From Tubiluchus corallicola (Eukaryota > Animalia > Priapulida): a stretch of DNA of 64,000 bases. The stretch is from positions 620,001-684,000 of the forward strand of contig JAQGDQ010000070.1 of assembly GCA_030141605.1 (NCBI GenBank), read 5' to 3'. Made by a program: the position numbers and the translations under genes. Below the pieces are notes generated by a model that was not told the DNA's origin, ran no database searches, and saw nothing but the letters and a program-made list of their open reading frames with translations. Numbering within the stretch: position 1 is the first letter of the stretch; every line of letters starts with the position of its first letter. This document shows positions 36,619-51,060 of this stretch, piece by piece.

Positions 36619-39206
36619 CATATATTATATGTGTTAAATCATTCCAGGGCGTAATAAATAACAAATGAAAAAAGTTACATTGTACGTAAATACGAAAGGA
36701 AGACGAAAATAAGAGTAATAACACTGTGAATCAAGTTATGATAGATTCTACATTCCGCGACGCTTGTAAAACTGAAATTAAACTAAACTGTATGCGTTTT
36801 ATTCGACCCAGAGCAATAACTAATTGAAGCCGCATGTGTAAAAATCCTTCGATGTCGTTTCGTGTTCCATAAGCAGAGTTACGTTCACAAATCACAGTCC
36901 AGTTATTTAATGTTTGATATCTCTGGAAAACTTATCCGAAGAAAATGATGCTCTGTCTTCGGTTTCTAATGTGATAACAAGAGAGAGCTGAGTACCACAG
37001 AATTATTCTATAATGTCATTGGCTCAGGGGAATATAGGAAGGGAGGTACAATTGATAAAATAGCTGTAAGTTTTCTGAGGCCTTTGTGCGTCACACACCT
37101 ATATACATAAATATATATGTACATCCAATACAGATCCACTTGATAAATTTTTAAACTGCGCACTGCCACTGTTTTGCGATGTCGGCTTTTTTCTGACGTC
37201 TTTCTGAGAATTTAAGTTCTTTCCGGCGTAGTTCCTCCTCCATGGTGCTGATGACTCTGGAGACCAGCTCTTGCATGAAACATGCATCCAATTATAACTA
37301 ACGTATTAAGGAACTACATAACCGCCGTATAACGCAGGGATGAGTGACCTGGCAGCTGCAGTACTGAATCCACTACTCACAGATCAAGGGCTGCCCGGTC
37401 TTAAATACTCCAAGAAACAACCACACATCAAAATACATTAACTACATTAATTGCAATGTAATAAACAAATGGTAATGAGCCGTGCGCAGGAGAGGGTAAA
37501 TCTCCTTTATCCCTTTAACAACGTATGTAATAAATATATATCATGCTATCATTAGTAGTTTTTTCCATTAGTAGTTTTGTCATATTATCTGGTATCTGAT
37601 AGGTGTACATAATTAACATCTAAAATGGAGAAGCCAAAATTGATTATTGATTCGTGATCATTCGTTGAGCGACTTCATCAAACTTTTGTTGTTTAGTTAC
37701 TGTTGTACTAGATGGACGAAACCTATATTCTAGTGTCATCATGAATGTTATCAGAAAAGTTTCAAGTTCGATGAAACTTCACAAGCTGTAGCTATATTAT
37801 ACATTGTTTTCAAACGCAAATACCATGAGCTTCACAACGACATACATAACCCGCCCATTATTGTCGCCCAGAGAGTTGATTACTGTGTTTCGTGACTGCA
37901 ACATTCTCCATCACATACGTTCTGATAGTAATTACACATTCTGACGTGATGCAAAATTCGATATTATTCATTTGCACCTAGCTAATTACGTTAGGGCAGG
38001 TAAGCGGCAAGGGAACTCCACGCATTTTCAGCGCACCTTTAATAAAAGCCCGCATATTATTCGCCGTTATGAGATTTTTACGTAATAGTCATTACAGCAA
38101 TAATAACGTTACGTTACTTACGTTGTTGTTGATAATTATAATTTATCTAAATAACGGGAGTATTACTAATTCAGTCAGCGACCACATTGCTTATTGTCAT
38201 CAATCATTGCCATTGGCAATTATCAAACATAAAAGGGGCGATCCATTTGAGTCTGCATACAGGAAGTCCCTTGTTTGCTAGGAGGACAGAAGCGGATGGC
38301 AGGATAATTTTGGGATCTAATAGTGAAGTTAAAATAAACTGGTAAAGCTAGTGAATGATTTGCTACTAGAGTCATTCCCTGTAAATTTTGTAAATTACAT
38401 GAATCGAATTTATGCAAGCTCCACAGAAAAGTTGTTTAGAGGTTGAGTGTGTAGTACAACCCAGTTTTGGTTTCCTTACACAACGGCTACGTAACAAGTA
38501 TCAAGATGATGGGGGTAGCTGCAAAGGTGAGTTAAATGTTCCTTACCCACAGTAATTCAAGTCAACTCAAATGCTAGAAAGAGATTATGTCCACTCTGTA
38601 TGTGAATTAATGAATAGTTGGAATAATTTTCTTGACTTTCTAACTTACTGTGTTTTTTTTATTTAATTCGGTTTTCTTACAAAGAGATACACTTAAATAA
38701 GTGCCCCGAGATTAGTTTAAGACTAGTCTCATTTATACCACTTATTTGTGTTTCCAGTTTAAATATCATCTGTCCAATGCGTCTCAACTAAGTCGTAAGA
38801 CTGACCATCTTTGTCCATCTAGAACTTACTTATTCAACGAGTCCAAATTGATGTCCCATGTCGACTCCTAACAGTTAGTGTACCGAATCATTATCATGAT
38901 CTTCCGAGTATTTACTTTCTAAATAATGTAAGATGTGCCTTTAAATTGCGTTCAAATCATCTACTCTGGGACTGTGATGCTGCTAATACATAGTTTGTGG
39001 CGTCATGAGACCGGCGACTGCTCTTGTACAATAATAATGCAATAATTTCATAAACGGCAAGTAATTTTAAATGGAAGACTAAGACGATAGTGATGAAAAA
39101 CGAAAAAGGCGGATATGTTTCTTGATTTGCTCATATATCATTTGTTCCAAATATATAGTTCATAGCTGATAAGAAGAGAAAGGGGGAGGGAAAGAGAGCA
39201 CGCGCG

Positions 39207-39207
<1 letters not shown>

Positions 39208-39270
<63 letters not shown>

Positions 39271-39521
39271 GAACAAAAGAGAGAAAGAGAAAAGGAAAGG
39301 AAGAGAGAGAGAGAGAGCAGGAAGAGAGGGAGGGAGAGAGAAGGGGAAAGGATACGGATACTGAGGGAAAGAAACAAGTAGGAACATGAGAAAACGATAT
39401 AATTATCGTATGCCGTGAGTACATTTCCAATGATGCCCATAATATGGCCCACAATCCCATAATTCGTTCACCAAGAATTACACCAGCAAATTGTGGAAAG
39501 GGTGCTAAACTCACTGCTTTA
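39208..39521 (-). mobile_element. Dispersed repeat with (CA)n end, copy 1 (SINE/LINE 3'-end-like)
   Basis: (TG)n then gtaagagaggaacaaaa...ggatactgagggaaagaaacaag...ttacaccagcaaattgtggaaagggtgctaaactcactgctt. Highly similar to 62462-62732. Confidence 0.75.
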
Positions 39522-41259
39522 CAGAGGAGTGATGGGAAATTTAGACAACCACAATGTTTTCATCATATGCAACTGCAATATATGACTTGCAAATTTTTTG
39601 TAAATCTCAGGTTTTTTCATCAAGAGTTGGTTCACAAACAGGTAGTTAATTGCATATTGGGTCACACACAACCGTCACCCTTGTCATCGGGAGACGTTTT
39701 CCACATGCCCGTCTCAACTATTGTAGCCATCGAATCATCATCATTATCATTGTCTGGCTTATAAACGACCATAGGTGGGGTACTATCCCTTCGCTGCACG
39801 CTAAAGCAGTGTTAATGCGAACTGTTCATTTACAAAGAAGAAAACAGAATTTGTAAATGAGGATTCAAAATTCGCTTTGAAATTTTATGTTACCTAACCC
39901 TGCTTTAATGCGCACAGAGATTGCATTAACTAGTAACGCTGCATAAAGCTTGAAAGTTTAAACTTTCAGACATAGCTATTTTAAAAGAAAACGGGATAAA
40001 GTTCGAAAAACTAATCAGAGCATTTATAGCACACATTTTACTATAAGTAAGTATAAATTAATCATGTCAACAGGATTAATAATACTTTTTAATGTTGTTT
40101 GTTGCAAACTGAGATAATGAAACAGTGTCTTTTTACCAGCTGGGCGTGAACATTTTATGTTGTTAAGAATATTCTTTTTCATTTACATCTTCAAAGAGGT
40201 AAGCGTAACGCTAAGTAATATAACTTTTTATGGAAATTTGTTTGAGATTAAAATGTTCTTTCCTTACGCTTTAATTCTTCCACATTTACACTAGCAAAAG
40301 TAGTTCAGATCATGACCAGTCTATTCTGAATTTCTAGAGTTTATCTGGGTTAAGAACCTTGTTCGGACTAAAACGTCCATAAAAATACCCGTTTAAAGAT
40401 TTCCCTTGGTTGTCTCTTTTCAAAGTATACACCCTCGCAAGGTTATTTATTGCACGCACCATAAAACGCATTCGCGTTCCGTGACGCATGCACCATGTCT
40501 CGTGCGGTTGCACGTTATCGGCTGCAATACTGTATTGTGCGTGTTAACACTAACGAAATGTACACGCAATAATTCGATCAGGGAAACTAAGGGAAAAATT
40601 TCACTTCCAAGATTGTAATTGTTCTTGGAATAACAGTCATGGACATTAGAAAGTCGATATTTAGCAATGTACGTTTTGCCCTAAAGATAATAGGGCAATA
40701 TGTGTTCATAAAATTACTGGATTTCTCCCTTATCCGTACAACCAACAAAATAAACCTACTGAAAACTACGTAAACCACCGATTTCAATTCTAACGAAGAA
40801 ATTCAAACAGGTGAAATAAAAATCTAGTTTTAGCTTATGACTGAACCGTTTAGCATAAAACTGAGGATCCTCAGGTATATGTGTTATTTTTTTATTTTGG
40901 CTGTTGATTCTCCAACACTGACTTTCTATGTCTGATGTTTTAAATTTCTATTAAAATCACTAGCATTTGTTTCCTCATCGTCGTCTTACTCTTCCTCTTT
41001 CTATCTCTCTTCTGTTTCACTCGCTGACTCACTCAACTCACTTTCTCTCTTCTCCTCTTTTTTCGATTTCTTTCTTTCTCCCGACCCGTGCGTCATTGCA
41101 GTTGCAGTCGCATTACAGGTGAATTTTGCATAGTTTGCTGCTACGTGAAGAACAATTAAAGTTATTTTAGAATTACTTTCAGAAAACAGAGAGATGCAGA
41201 ACTATAAAAAACGACAATCACGCCATATGCAACTGGATATACAAGGGTATAGGTCTTGC

Positions 41260-41512
41260 GAATGTAGTTAAAAATGGCACAGGACAAAATGACACAAATG
41301 AAAAAGTAGGTAAAATTGGCACAGGTAAAATAACACAGGAAAAAATGGCACACTTAGTAAAATGTGTTTGTAGGGTTAAAGGATTACAGTGGGTGATAAT
41401 GGTTTTGGTTATTTTTACCTTTGTCAAGAAAATTACATGTTGACCCCAAGATATTAACAAATCTGAGGGGGAGAGAGAGAGCTAGCGGGAGAGGGAAGGA
41501 GAATGAGAAAGA

Positions 41513-41556
<44 letters not shown>

Positions 41557-42060
41557 GTGAGAGAGAGAGAGAGAAAGACAGGGGAAACACAGGAAAATTA
41601 GGCGCAGAGAGAGAGAAAGAGACAGAAAAAGAAGGAGAGAGGGAAAGGATGAGAGGTTGTAGGAAGGGAGGGAGGCAAAGAGGGAGAAGCAAACAGAGAA
41701 GGACAAATCGAAGGCGTTATCCTACTAAAATAGCAGATTTAGCACTTGAAAACGTAATCGTAATTTTTCTGTCCAAAGATCTTTCTGGGAAATGTTTTTT
41801 CCGTGAAATGAGCTTTCTAGGAAAAATATTATCTGGGAAACAAGTTTTCTGGGAAAAAAATGTTGGCAAATTTTTTTCTGGGAAGTTTTTTTCTAGTAAG
41901 TGGTTTTTCTGTGAAAAACGTTTTCTGAGAAACACTTTTTCTGGGAAATGGACAAAAACCTTTTTCCTGCGCCATTTTTATCGTGCTATTTTTTCCAGGG
42001 CTATTTTTACCTACTCATCCATTTGACACATTTTTTTCTGTGCCATTTTTACCGTGTACC
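41260..42060. mobile_element. MULE-like foldback element with repetitive long TIRs
   Basis: Left aaaaatggcacagg arrays are inverted relative to right cctgtgccattttt arrays. Candidate 9-bp TSD aggtcttgc / aggtcaggc (7/9). Contains (GA)n and tttctgggaa repeats. Confidence 0.7.
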
Positions 42061-42120
42061 AGGTCAGGCAGTAATCCCATGCCTACCTAAGTATGCTTCG
42101 TCTGAAAAATTCATACATAT

Positions 42121-42231
<111 letters not shown>

Positions 42232-45200
42232 AAATTAACGCCAGACATAAATGAAAAACGAAAAATTTATAACAAAAACAGTTGAAACTGCGTAATTATT
42301 TCACTACGCTTTCTGACTTTCGTTTCGATATTCACTTTGCGACATATAATCACAATTGTCAAAAATCCAATTTAATTACAATTTGCTTGAATCCGTTTGG
42401 GAATTTCGCTGTTAGATGAAGAGCTCAGCTGTCTGCAGGTCATTAGTTCTGGATGGCTACTCAAAGGCTTCTCTTGTAGGATTTTAATGTGCTCATCCAC
42501 GGTACAGTGTCACTGTGCAGATTGCACACTGCATTATGGTCTGTACTTTGAGGAAGCCCAACAGCTTTGTTTCACAATTCGACAAAAATTTATTAATAAA
42601 AATACAGACTTCTATTATCACCACATTTTACAAAACAGTTCTTTGGGGTGCAGACATGTACCAGTTCGCAGTTTTTGCTGTTGTTGCTGTCGCTGTCGTT
42701 GTCGTTGTCGTCGTTGTTATTGTTGCTGTTGCTGTTATAATGTCTATAAAATGTTTCAAGACATGTTATGTCTTTAGGTTCCGCGGCTATACCGTAGTTA
42801 ATAAATAATAGGCTATTGAAGTAGTTTTTTAAGTAGTTTTTTTCTTTAATTTGTTGTTTATGTCTTTATGATATGAACTACGACATGGCCGCTGAACATA
42901 AAGTTTATGTTTATATTTTACTACAGTTTATTAAACGTTTTTAACGTACACGTATTAACATGCATACACAGTGAGCCGTTGTGGTAATTAAAATCTTTTC
43001 TTCCGCGATTTCCGCGCAATTTAAATGTTAATTACTCTTCACTTTAATTACTTTACACTTACCGTTTGAAGTGCTAGATAGATTGATTTTGGAGTCAGAG
43101 CTGAAAGGTGTGTGTAATGCCGTGAATGTTACCTAATGCAGATAGAAGTGAACATCTTGAATGCCGAACAAATGAACGCAGACCAAACGAACACCGCGAC
43201 CATACACAGCATACAAATAGTATTTCGACTTATCACTGTAAATTGAGTTTCACTGTACGTTTTTTTGTGTGCCCAGTTAGCATTTAAACCATATATCGAA
43301 TTTTATGCTAGGATAGGTGTAATTTAATTTGTTTTAATTAAATGTCAATAATTCGTCTGTTTTATGTTTCAGTGGGTTCCTTCGTTTTTTCAGGTATTTT
43401 TCTTTTCAGTTACTGCTTCAATTAGCCTAATGACTAGCATTAATTCTGTGTTTCTTGCAAAATAAACTGTTTAACAATCATTCTTGCTTTTTGCAAAGTG
43501 TAATCTATAAAAATGGCAAGAATTAAACTGAAGACATAGAGGAACTCATGGCCGTACTGGGCTGAGCACAACTGATATCGTTTGTGTTCGCAAACGCATT
43601 TACTTAGAAGTTCGTGGTAATTTTTGTTATTACATGTGAGATAATTCATTGTAATTATAATTGTAATAGCTGTTAAAAGTTTACATGCTATACTCAGCAA
43701 GAAATACACTATAATGCTTTGGTCATACAAATCCTAATGTTAGTTTTTGTACTGCTTTGCACACTTTGCGGACTGCACCCACTTCAGGCGGTTAACTCAT
43801 AGTCAACTATTTCTTAAAACCGGCTTAAACGTACCTGAACTCAGTTTTTGGTAGCGTCAAAAAATCTTGCCTGTCATGTCTTCAATCATCCTTTTGTCAT
43901 AATGCAATGCAATGATTTGATGTTGATGTTATTGCTCTAAATAATTAATTTTGCAATAAATCCTTACTCTTAGAGTGTAAAATAACTAGTTAAAACTAAG
44001 AATCCAAGCACTGAGACGTGTGAGTAAACTAGCTCAATGTGAATGGGCTACCGTGGAACTTGGATTGATTATTGCTTTTAAACTTATTATCAATCGCATG
44101 ATGAGCGGAAAGTTGGTTTAACGCAAACAGAATCTACTGGGTTAAAATCTGTACGCTTTCCGATGGCTTTTCGGTAAGTGAATGGCTTATCAGATTTGAG
44201 ACGGGTTGTCATTCTTTTGTCATGTCAGGCAAGATTTTTTTACCCTACCCAAATTGAATTTTCAGGTAAGTTTAAACCGTAAGAAATAGTCCGGTTACGA
44301 GCAAACCACCTCAATGTTGAATTTAGACAGGAGTGGCGCGTGGCAGTTGCAATGTGGCGGCACTTAGGTACGGCTATTTCACTGCCAAGTGCCAGCTCTG
44401 TAAATGTGTGTTCATAGTTTAGAGTAAAGTTGTCTAGTCGCAATATGTCTCACATGTAGTATGCACTGTGCATTTTGCGCTAGTTCCTGTTAATTCAACA
44501 AAAAAATTCAGTAGATGCCGTCACTGGTGCTATAATAGTGCTGATAATGATAACCGTGTAAAAGTGGCGGTATTTTTTGACAAGAAGAACGAAGTATTAT
44601 AAAGGTGCCTTTCAAATATTGGCTTCTGTATAACCATGAATGTTGTAGCAAGGTGTCTCATAGAATGTTCTGACAACCTTTGTAGAGACCTGCAATTTCA
44701 GTTTATGACTCGTCTTAGTTTAGACGCAGTGCAGTGTTTTTCCTGACACCCCACCACGCTGTTACGTCACGCACACATCCACCCACTAGTAAGTGTACTC
44801 CCTGCCTCTTAGAATGTTACCTCCTGCGTTTGTGGCTTAAGATAATGCATGACTATATAGATACAGAAAAACGTAGATTGTATAAGTGTAAATCAAGCTT
44901 AAATAAATGTGCAGCTGTAGTAAGCACATTATCATAAATTATGTGAAAAATAATTTGTGAATTGCTTGTGTAGTTGCTGTGAGTCTCATAAACTGTGGCT
45001 TTAACGATAATAATAATAGTAGTGCTGTCGAGTTGTACAAATGGAAATAATATTTTATTTATCGTACAAAATTATAATTTTTGCTTTCTGATTTGTCATA
45101 GTTGTTTTTTAATTGTTCTCTGCGGTTCCGTAGTGCGATGAGTATACAGAGTTTTTGAACGTTGAGCAATAAAAAGAGCCCATGCTGTTGCTGTTGCCGA

Positions 45201-46478
45201 TTATCACATAGGCTAGTATAGGCTGCAGCCTAGGGCCCTCAAGCTTTGGTAACATTTGGTGAAAAAAATCTGTTTTTCACAAAGATTGTGTTGAAACACG
45301 TACTAATTTGGTTTGTATTAAATGGTAAAATAATGGTATTTCTTAAAGAACGTTTTTATTGGCAAACAAGAGATAGCTATTATAGTTTATTTAAAAAACT
45401 TGCAATAAGTTTACTTCAAGATATGTAAATGACGCTAAAATATATCAAGAGTGAAAAATATTCAGGAGTCAAGAGGGGTGCGGAGGAGTTAAAGTGTAGC
45501 TCCGTCTGAGTGGGACCCCATAATTTTTACCTCGGGGTCATAATGTCTAATCCACCCATGAGCGCAGTGGTACAAATACTAATAAGGCTCAACTGTCATT
45601 ATATTTAGACGTAAATTGAAATAGTTGTTCCACTGTGAGTGAGTGTGAACTTGGTACAAGTTTGAGGTGATACGTAATACTTAATAAATACGAATTGTGC
45701 TAACAAACTATTACTGTTCGAAGTCTAAAAGAGTGTAGGAAAAGTGTGGACATTTGTATAACGTAAGTGTAAACACCGAAACATGTGTGTGTTTAACCTT
45801 CTTCGGTACTTCTAAAAATCCAGGCTTGGCGACCATTACCTTGGTGAACCTGCAAAGTGGATGTCTAAGATACATGAGGTAACTGACTGTTGAGCTTTAC
45901 AGGAATATTCCTGTGTTATGACATGAAGTAAATTGAGCTGGTGAAACATCTAGGCTTGCTTGGTATTATGCAGGTGCTGCAGGCATTTTCTACATTTATT
46001 CACTTTGTCGAACCACTGCATACCTTCTAATTCCAAAGTGGTTCTTGACATGGATATTGATTAGTTCAGTAATTAGCTCACTCTATCTGTTTGCGTAAAT
46101 GTGTTTAATTAAACAGAGCTATCAATATTTGTACACTGTGTTGTAACAACATCGAGCACATCATATCCTAAAAACAGTCGCCTGGGAAACATACTCAGCA
46201 ACATCAACACCGGGATGCTGCAGCTGATAATCAATAGAATGAGGAAATATTCTGTACAACATTTTACACGGTGCAGTTCAGGTGAAACCACTCGCTCGAA
46301 ATATTAATGCCTTACTTGTTATCTTTATACATGTACATCGATAGGCACTTTAAATGAGTCATGTAATTTCTTCTTGTTCCATTTATCTATCCTACAAGGA
46401 TATTTTTTAATAAACAACGTTTAATAAAAAAATTAGTTTTGCACCTCGAACTTAATCTGTAGTTTCCGTAAAAACGAG

Positions 46479-46909
46479 CAGGGCCAGATTAAGACCTTAA
46501 TAGGTCGTAAGCATTGAAAAGATTTATGATTATGTGTAATACAGAATAAAAACAATACTCAGCTGTAAAATGAAATTTTTTATCTTTCAAAATTAAATAT
46601 AATATTTACAGTAAATGATAGAGCTTATAAAAGCAACAGTGATCTGTTTTCAGCTTCACCACATTTTTATAAGCAAAACCAGATTTGAAATATATTATGA
46701 CACATTATATAATCAATCAATGTCATCATATGATGCCCATGAGCATTGTAATATTGTAAACAAACACAGAAACTGCCACACGTATTTCGGTATGTTTTAT
46801 TTTTGGGTAATTGTTCGAAACAAGATTTTAAAACACACCTGTATGGGCCTTTTTTTCCATGAGGCCCTGAGCACGTCCTTATTTTGCTTAATGGTTAATC
46901 CAGGGCTTG
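46479..46909. mobile_element. hAT-type MITE with the same TIR class as 16297-16893
   Basis: TIRs cagggccagattaa / ttaatccagggcttg. Perfect 8-bp TSD aaaacgag at 46471-46478 and 46910-46917. Confidence 0.88.
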
Positions 46910-47129
46910 AAAACGAGGCAGCAAAGAGTTGTGGAAGGACTTTTCTGTAACACTATATTATCTTGAAAAGCACATGAAAACGTACTTCTACTGCACTCAT
47001 CATTCACAAACATGGAAAAAATCATCAAGTGGGCCATAAGTATTGCTGTAGTTATATAGAGAAGACCCACGAGTTATTTGTCGGATTCGGCATCAATATC
47101 TAAATGGATTCATAAATTATGAGCTTACA

Positions 47130-47730
47130 ACTTATACTCGCGCCTGTCAACTTATATTCGCCCTGATTAGTACGCTTCTGTTACTTGGAGCTCGTCTATA
47201 AACAAGCGTAAATTGTCTGCATTGAAAACTTAAGAAAAGAATTTGTCTAATGATTTTTGGCAAAGATTTGATTTCTTATGATAGTGCTCTGCATAAACTT
47301 AACCTGATTACTCTGGAAAATCGTAGTCAAAAATTAACTTGTAATTTGGCTTCTTACATTATCCAGTACCATAGACACTTGCTTCTTCCTTTTCATCTTA
47401 GTGTAAGCAATTGTACTACTCGCAATTCTAATAAATTCGTCATGCCTAAAATTCAAAAAGAACTTTACAAACCGTTCAGCAATACCTGCTGTAATTAGAA
47501 CCATAAGTAGTAATGAAGAACTTTTTTCTAAATTATAGTAATAGATTTACTGTCACAATTGGTCTTATACTGCTTTACTTTACTCTCTGTAAGCAGTGCC
47601 TCTTGTATAATGTCTCATATAATTTTATGTTTTATTGTTTAATAGTCTTTTGACTCTTTTTCTATTGTTGTATCCAGTTGTTGCTGCTATGGTGTGACCT
47701 TTATTAAAAAAATCATTATTTATTTATTTA
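47130..47730 (+). mobile_element. Decayed LINE 3' fragment
   Basis: Frameshifted YIRP..YASVTWSSS...KRICLMIFGKDLISYDSALHKLNLITLENRSQKL matches the LINE ORF2 C-terminus. Ends in (TTAT)n near 47716-47730. Confidence 0.65.
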
Positions 47731-47758
47731 CAAAATCTAATAGAATTTTATATCACAT

Positions 47759-48023
47759 CAGTGGTTCCCAAAGTAGGGGTAAATTACCCCCCGGGGGTAA
47801 TATGGTTTTTTTTTGGGGGGGGGGTAACGGGCACCCCTCTGAAAATTTTTAAAACTTCGCTCGGAATGCATTTTACGTAGTTTTCTTCTTGATTTTGCTT
47901 GCTTGTGGCATATACGTGTGTTTACTTTTTGAGTTGGAGAAGTAGTAATAGGTGGGGGGGGGTAATGGACACGACCGGGTTTCCCGATTTGGGTAACGGT
48001 CCGAGAAAGTTTGGGAACCACTG
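47759..48023. mobile_element. hAT (Charlie/Buster-like) MITE, 265 bp
   Basis: TIRs cagtggttcccaaa / tttgggaaccactg. Perfect 8-bp TSD tatcacat at 47751-47758 and 48024-48031. Internal ggggtaa subterminal motifs. Confidence 0.92.
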
Positions 48024-50962
48024 TATCACATGATAAAATTGAATCTCATTGAATCTATAAGCTCCTCACATATGAAGCTGGTTTGAATGGTTTGGTTAGA
48101 CCTGGGTCACGTAATTGGGTCACGTTGTACGCCTAATTCTCTGCAGTGTGATTTGAACAACATCGGAGTAGGTGCTTAACTAAGTGCTTCATTAGCGTAA
48201 CATGCTGAATCAATTATTCAAATTTCACAAGGCAGAAGCTGCCAAAATTTATCTAGTCAGAACTTAGTCCTCGGTATTTTCCGGGGCGCATTTATCAGAT
48301 TCTAGATGTATAATTGTAAGACTCTGTCATTCTTTCTTAAGCGAAGACAGCAAGAACTTTCTCTTACACAAGACATTAAATTAAATTTAAAGACAAGATG
48401 ATCAAATCTGCGAGTTATTTACGATCGTTACAGAATGACTAAGACAGAGTGAAGCAGCAAAATGACCTACACAAAATGAAACTTCAGTGAGTCCTATTAT
48501 CTTAGACGCACAACAACAATAATGCTAGTGGAAATAACCGCTTCACGAAAACAACCTTGATGTGACCTTCCCAGTAGCTTTCCGTCTTGAGTGAACAAAC
48601 ATTTTGTGTAATGGAATCATTTATTATTGATAGAAGCCTGGTAAAAACGTTAGCTTGCATACCAGATAGTTTGTTCTCTCTTCTATAACCTTGGAGTTAC
48701 CATGCCAAGATCGAAATTAATGATCCACACATTTTATCAGGTAAAAAACTTTGTATTCTGTTGACGGCATTGATCTTTTATCAGCTTTGCGCAAACGGGC
48801 GGGAATCTGCCTTTCCCTAGAAAAGAAAACTGTTCGCTTTGTGTATAATTAGAAAATATTTTTGTAACTATAACACAAATAAATAACAGGAATAAAATAA
48901 ATTGAATAAAATAACAGTTTTGTAATAACTAGGTGGTCTCAATATTTTTGAAGTAGTTAACTTGTACAATCATAATAGACCTACATACACATTTATATGT
49001 ATAAAACGAATGTTTATACATTTCAACAAACTAACTGGACTTGAGGCGTTTAACAAGTATTGCTGTTAATTTTGACTGGCTGTGGTAGCGCCGGAATATA
49101 GCTTCTTATTAAAATAATTTTCTGAGATAAAGCAGTGAACCGGCAGAGGTTGTTACGTTTCTCTTCACTTCATCTTGAATGAGCTACATGTCAATAAATG
49201 CAGTTATTCAAGAGCTGGTGCTACTATGATCGATGAAACAGCCCAGAAAAATTTTTTCTCGGTGACTACCCATCCATTTACTAACCAGGCCTGGCGTTAA
49301 TACAATACTATGTTGTATTTGGCTAAGTTATAGCGAAGTGTTGCTATTTACATTATTGAACGCATGTGTTGTAATGTGTGAATAAGTTAAATCAAAGAAT
49401 GTAATATCCGGAAGCGTTTAACCGTTAGCACACATACAAAAATCACTGGCTAAACTAACTAAACAGGTAAAAGAGAGGCATCGTGTGATTCCAATAGCAG
49501 AGTAAGTCAGCAACGAATAATTGAAGCAAAACATGGCTGTGGCTGTGTAGTACTACTGTGATTATGATAATGACTAACAAACCAAAAAAGCAAAAGAATT
49601 AGGCTTATGGGATCCGTTATTAATAGCAATTAATCTATTCAGAGTTGCACCAAGACAAGATCAAACCATCATTGTAACAACGACGGAAACAATTCCATTG
49701 CCATGAAAAGTTTTTTTTAATGGTTCTGCTTGTTTTCCTTTCCGTCCCGCTCCGTTCCGTTCCATGACCTTTCCGTTACATTTCCTTTGATCTGTTCTGC
49801 TCTTCGCTTTCTTCGCATTCAACCAAGCTGCGTTGCTTTTCTCAGATATACATTAAAATCCTAAAAACCTGTCTGACGCGCAGCTTTGTTTTCAACGTCT
49901 GCATGACATCTTATTACAGCTGCACAGTTTTTCGAGAAAATGATTCTTTCTTACTCTCTTAGACGCAGGTGCAGTTGTTACATTCACTACAAGAAACAAT
50001 TCTCCTTTCGGTAAATCCGTAATTTCGTCTATTCGGTAAAAATCCAAGAATTAAATCTCTTATTCTCTTCATGTTCTGATCTAATCAGAAGAGTATGTTC
50101 TACTGAAACGTTCTGCCTTTTCGCGCGCAATTTCTCTGCTTCGTGGCGCATGAATTGTGAAAGTCAGGACTGACAAGCAATAAAGCTTAAATGAGTAGAA
50201 ATGGCTTATTCTGATGTTATTGTGGAATGACAATAAATGATGTTTTTCAAGTACATTAGGCAGTTATTACTCAATGCGCTCTCAGTTTATACAGACAAAA
50301 ACTGCACTCGTGTTTCACATTTTATTGTCTAGGCAGCAAAAACTGAATAAAACAAAATGCAGATAATTAGGGCTCACCGTACGTAATTTATAATTGATTA
50401 AATTTCTAAACATGAGTTTTATAAGAGGACAGCTCATTCATGTTAGAAAATAAGAATCCGCTTTGAAAATTTCATGTGAACACCCAAATGTTAAGCTACT
50501 GCAATTAATAATTAACATAATGGCATGATGTAATAACAAAATATTTATATGGATGATACATGTTAAATATTTGTTCAACAACTGCATACAAGTTAACATT
50601 CACAAATATAACGGCAATGACTCTTTAAATATACCCTAATTATCATGCCTTTTTAGCGACCAAAGTCCCACTTTCTCTCTAATTCACCTTACAGTGTCTA
50701 TGTTTGCACGGTATAATTGGTCTATTACAAAGTGAACAGTAGAACGTGAAGTAGGTCAGTGGAGAAACCTGCCCAATGTTCGTTAACTATTAAACGGTTC
50801 CCTTTGGAAATTGTAGTCACAATCGATTGCTCCGCGGTTTCACTTAGTGAGCCACGTGGAGCATCACTGTCCGGGAATACTCCTGGGATTTCTGTGCATC
50901 CTCTTCCTGCGCTCGTGTGAGTATTCCTAGTTGGCTTAGTGGATCACGCACAAGCTTTTCCC

Positions 50963-51060
50963 AAGAGTCGGATTAACGTACAAGCAAACTGCTTTGGGCA
51001 CCAAGGCGCAGGGGATCGTCACCAAGTTTGCAAAAAAATAATTGAAAACAGATGAAATTT
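50963..51060 (+). mobile_element. Degenerate left end of the hAT MITE family seen at 16297
   Basis: gtcggattaacgtacaagcaaactgctttgggcaccaaggc...caaaaaaataattgaaaacagat resembles 16297-16395. Confidence 0.5.

Noticed and set aside
41780-41950. Regularly spaced tttctgggaa repeats resembling a CRISPR array
   Set aside because: Eukaryotic context, degenerate short units, no unique spacers and no cas genes. They are internal repeats of a MULE-like element.
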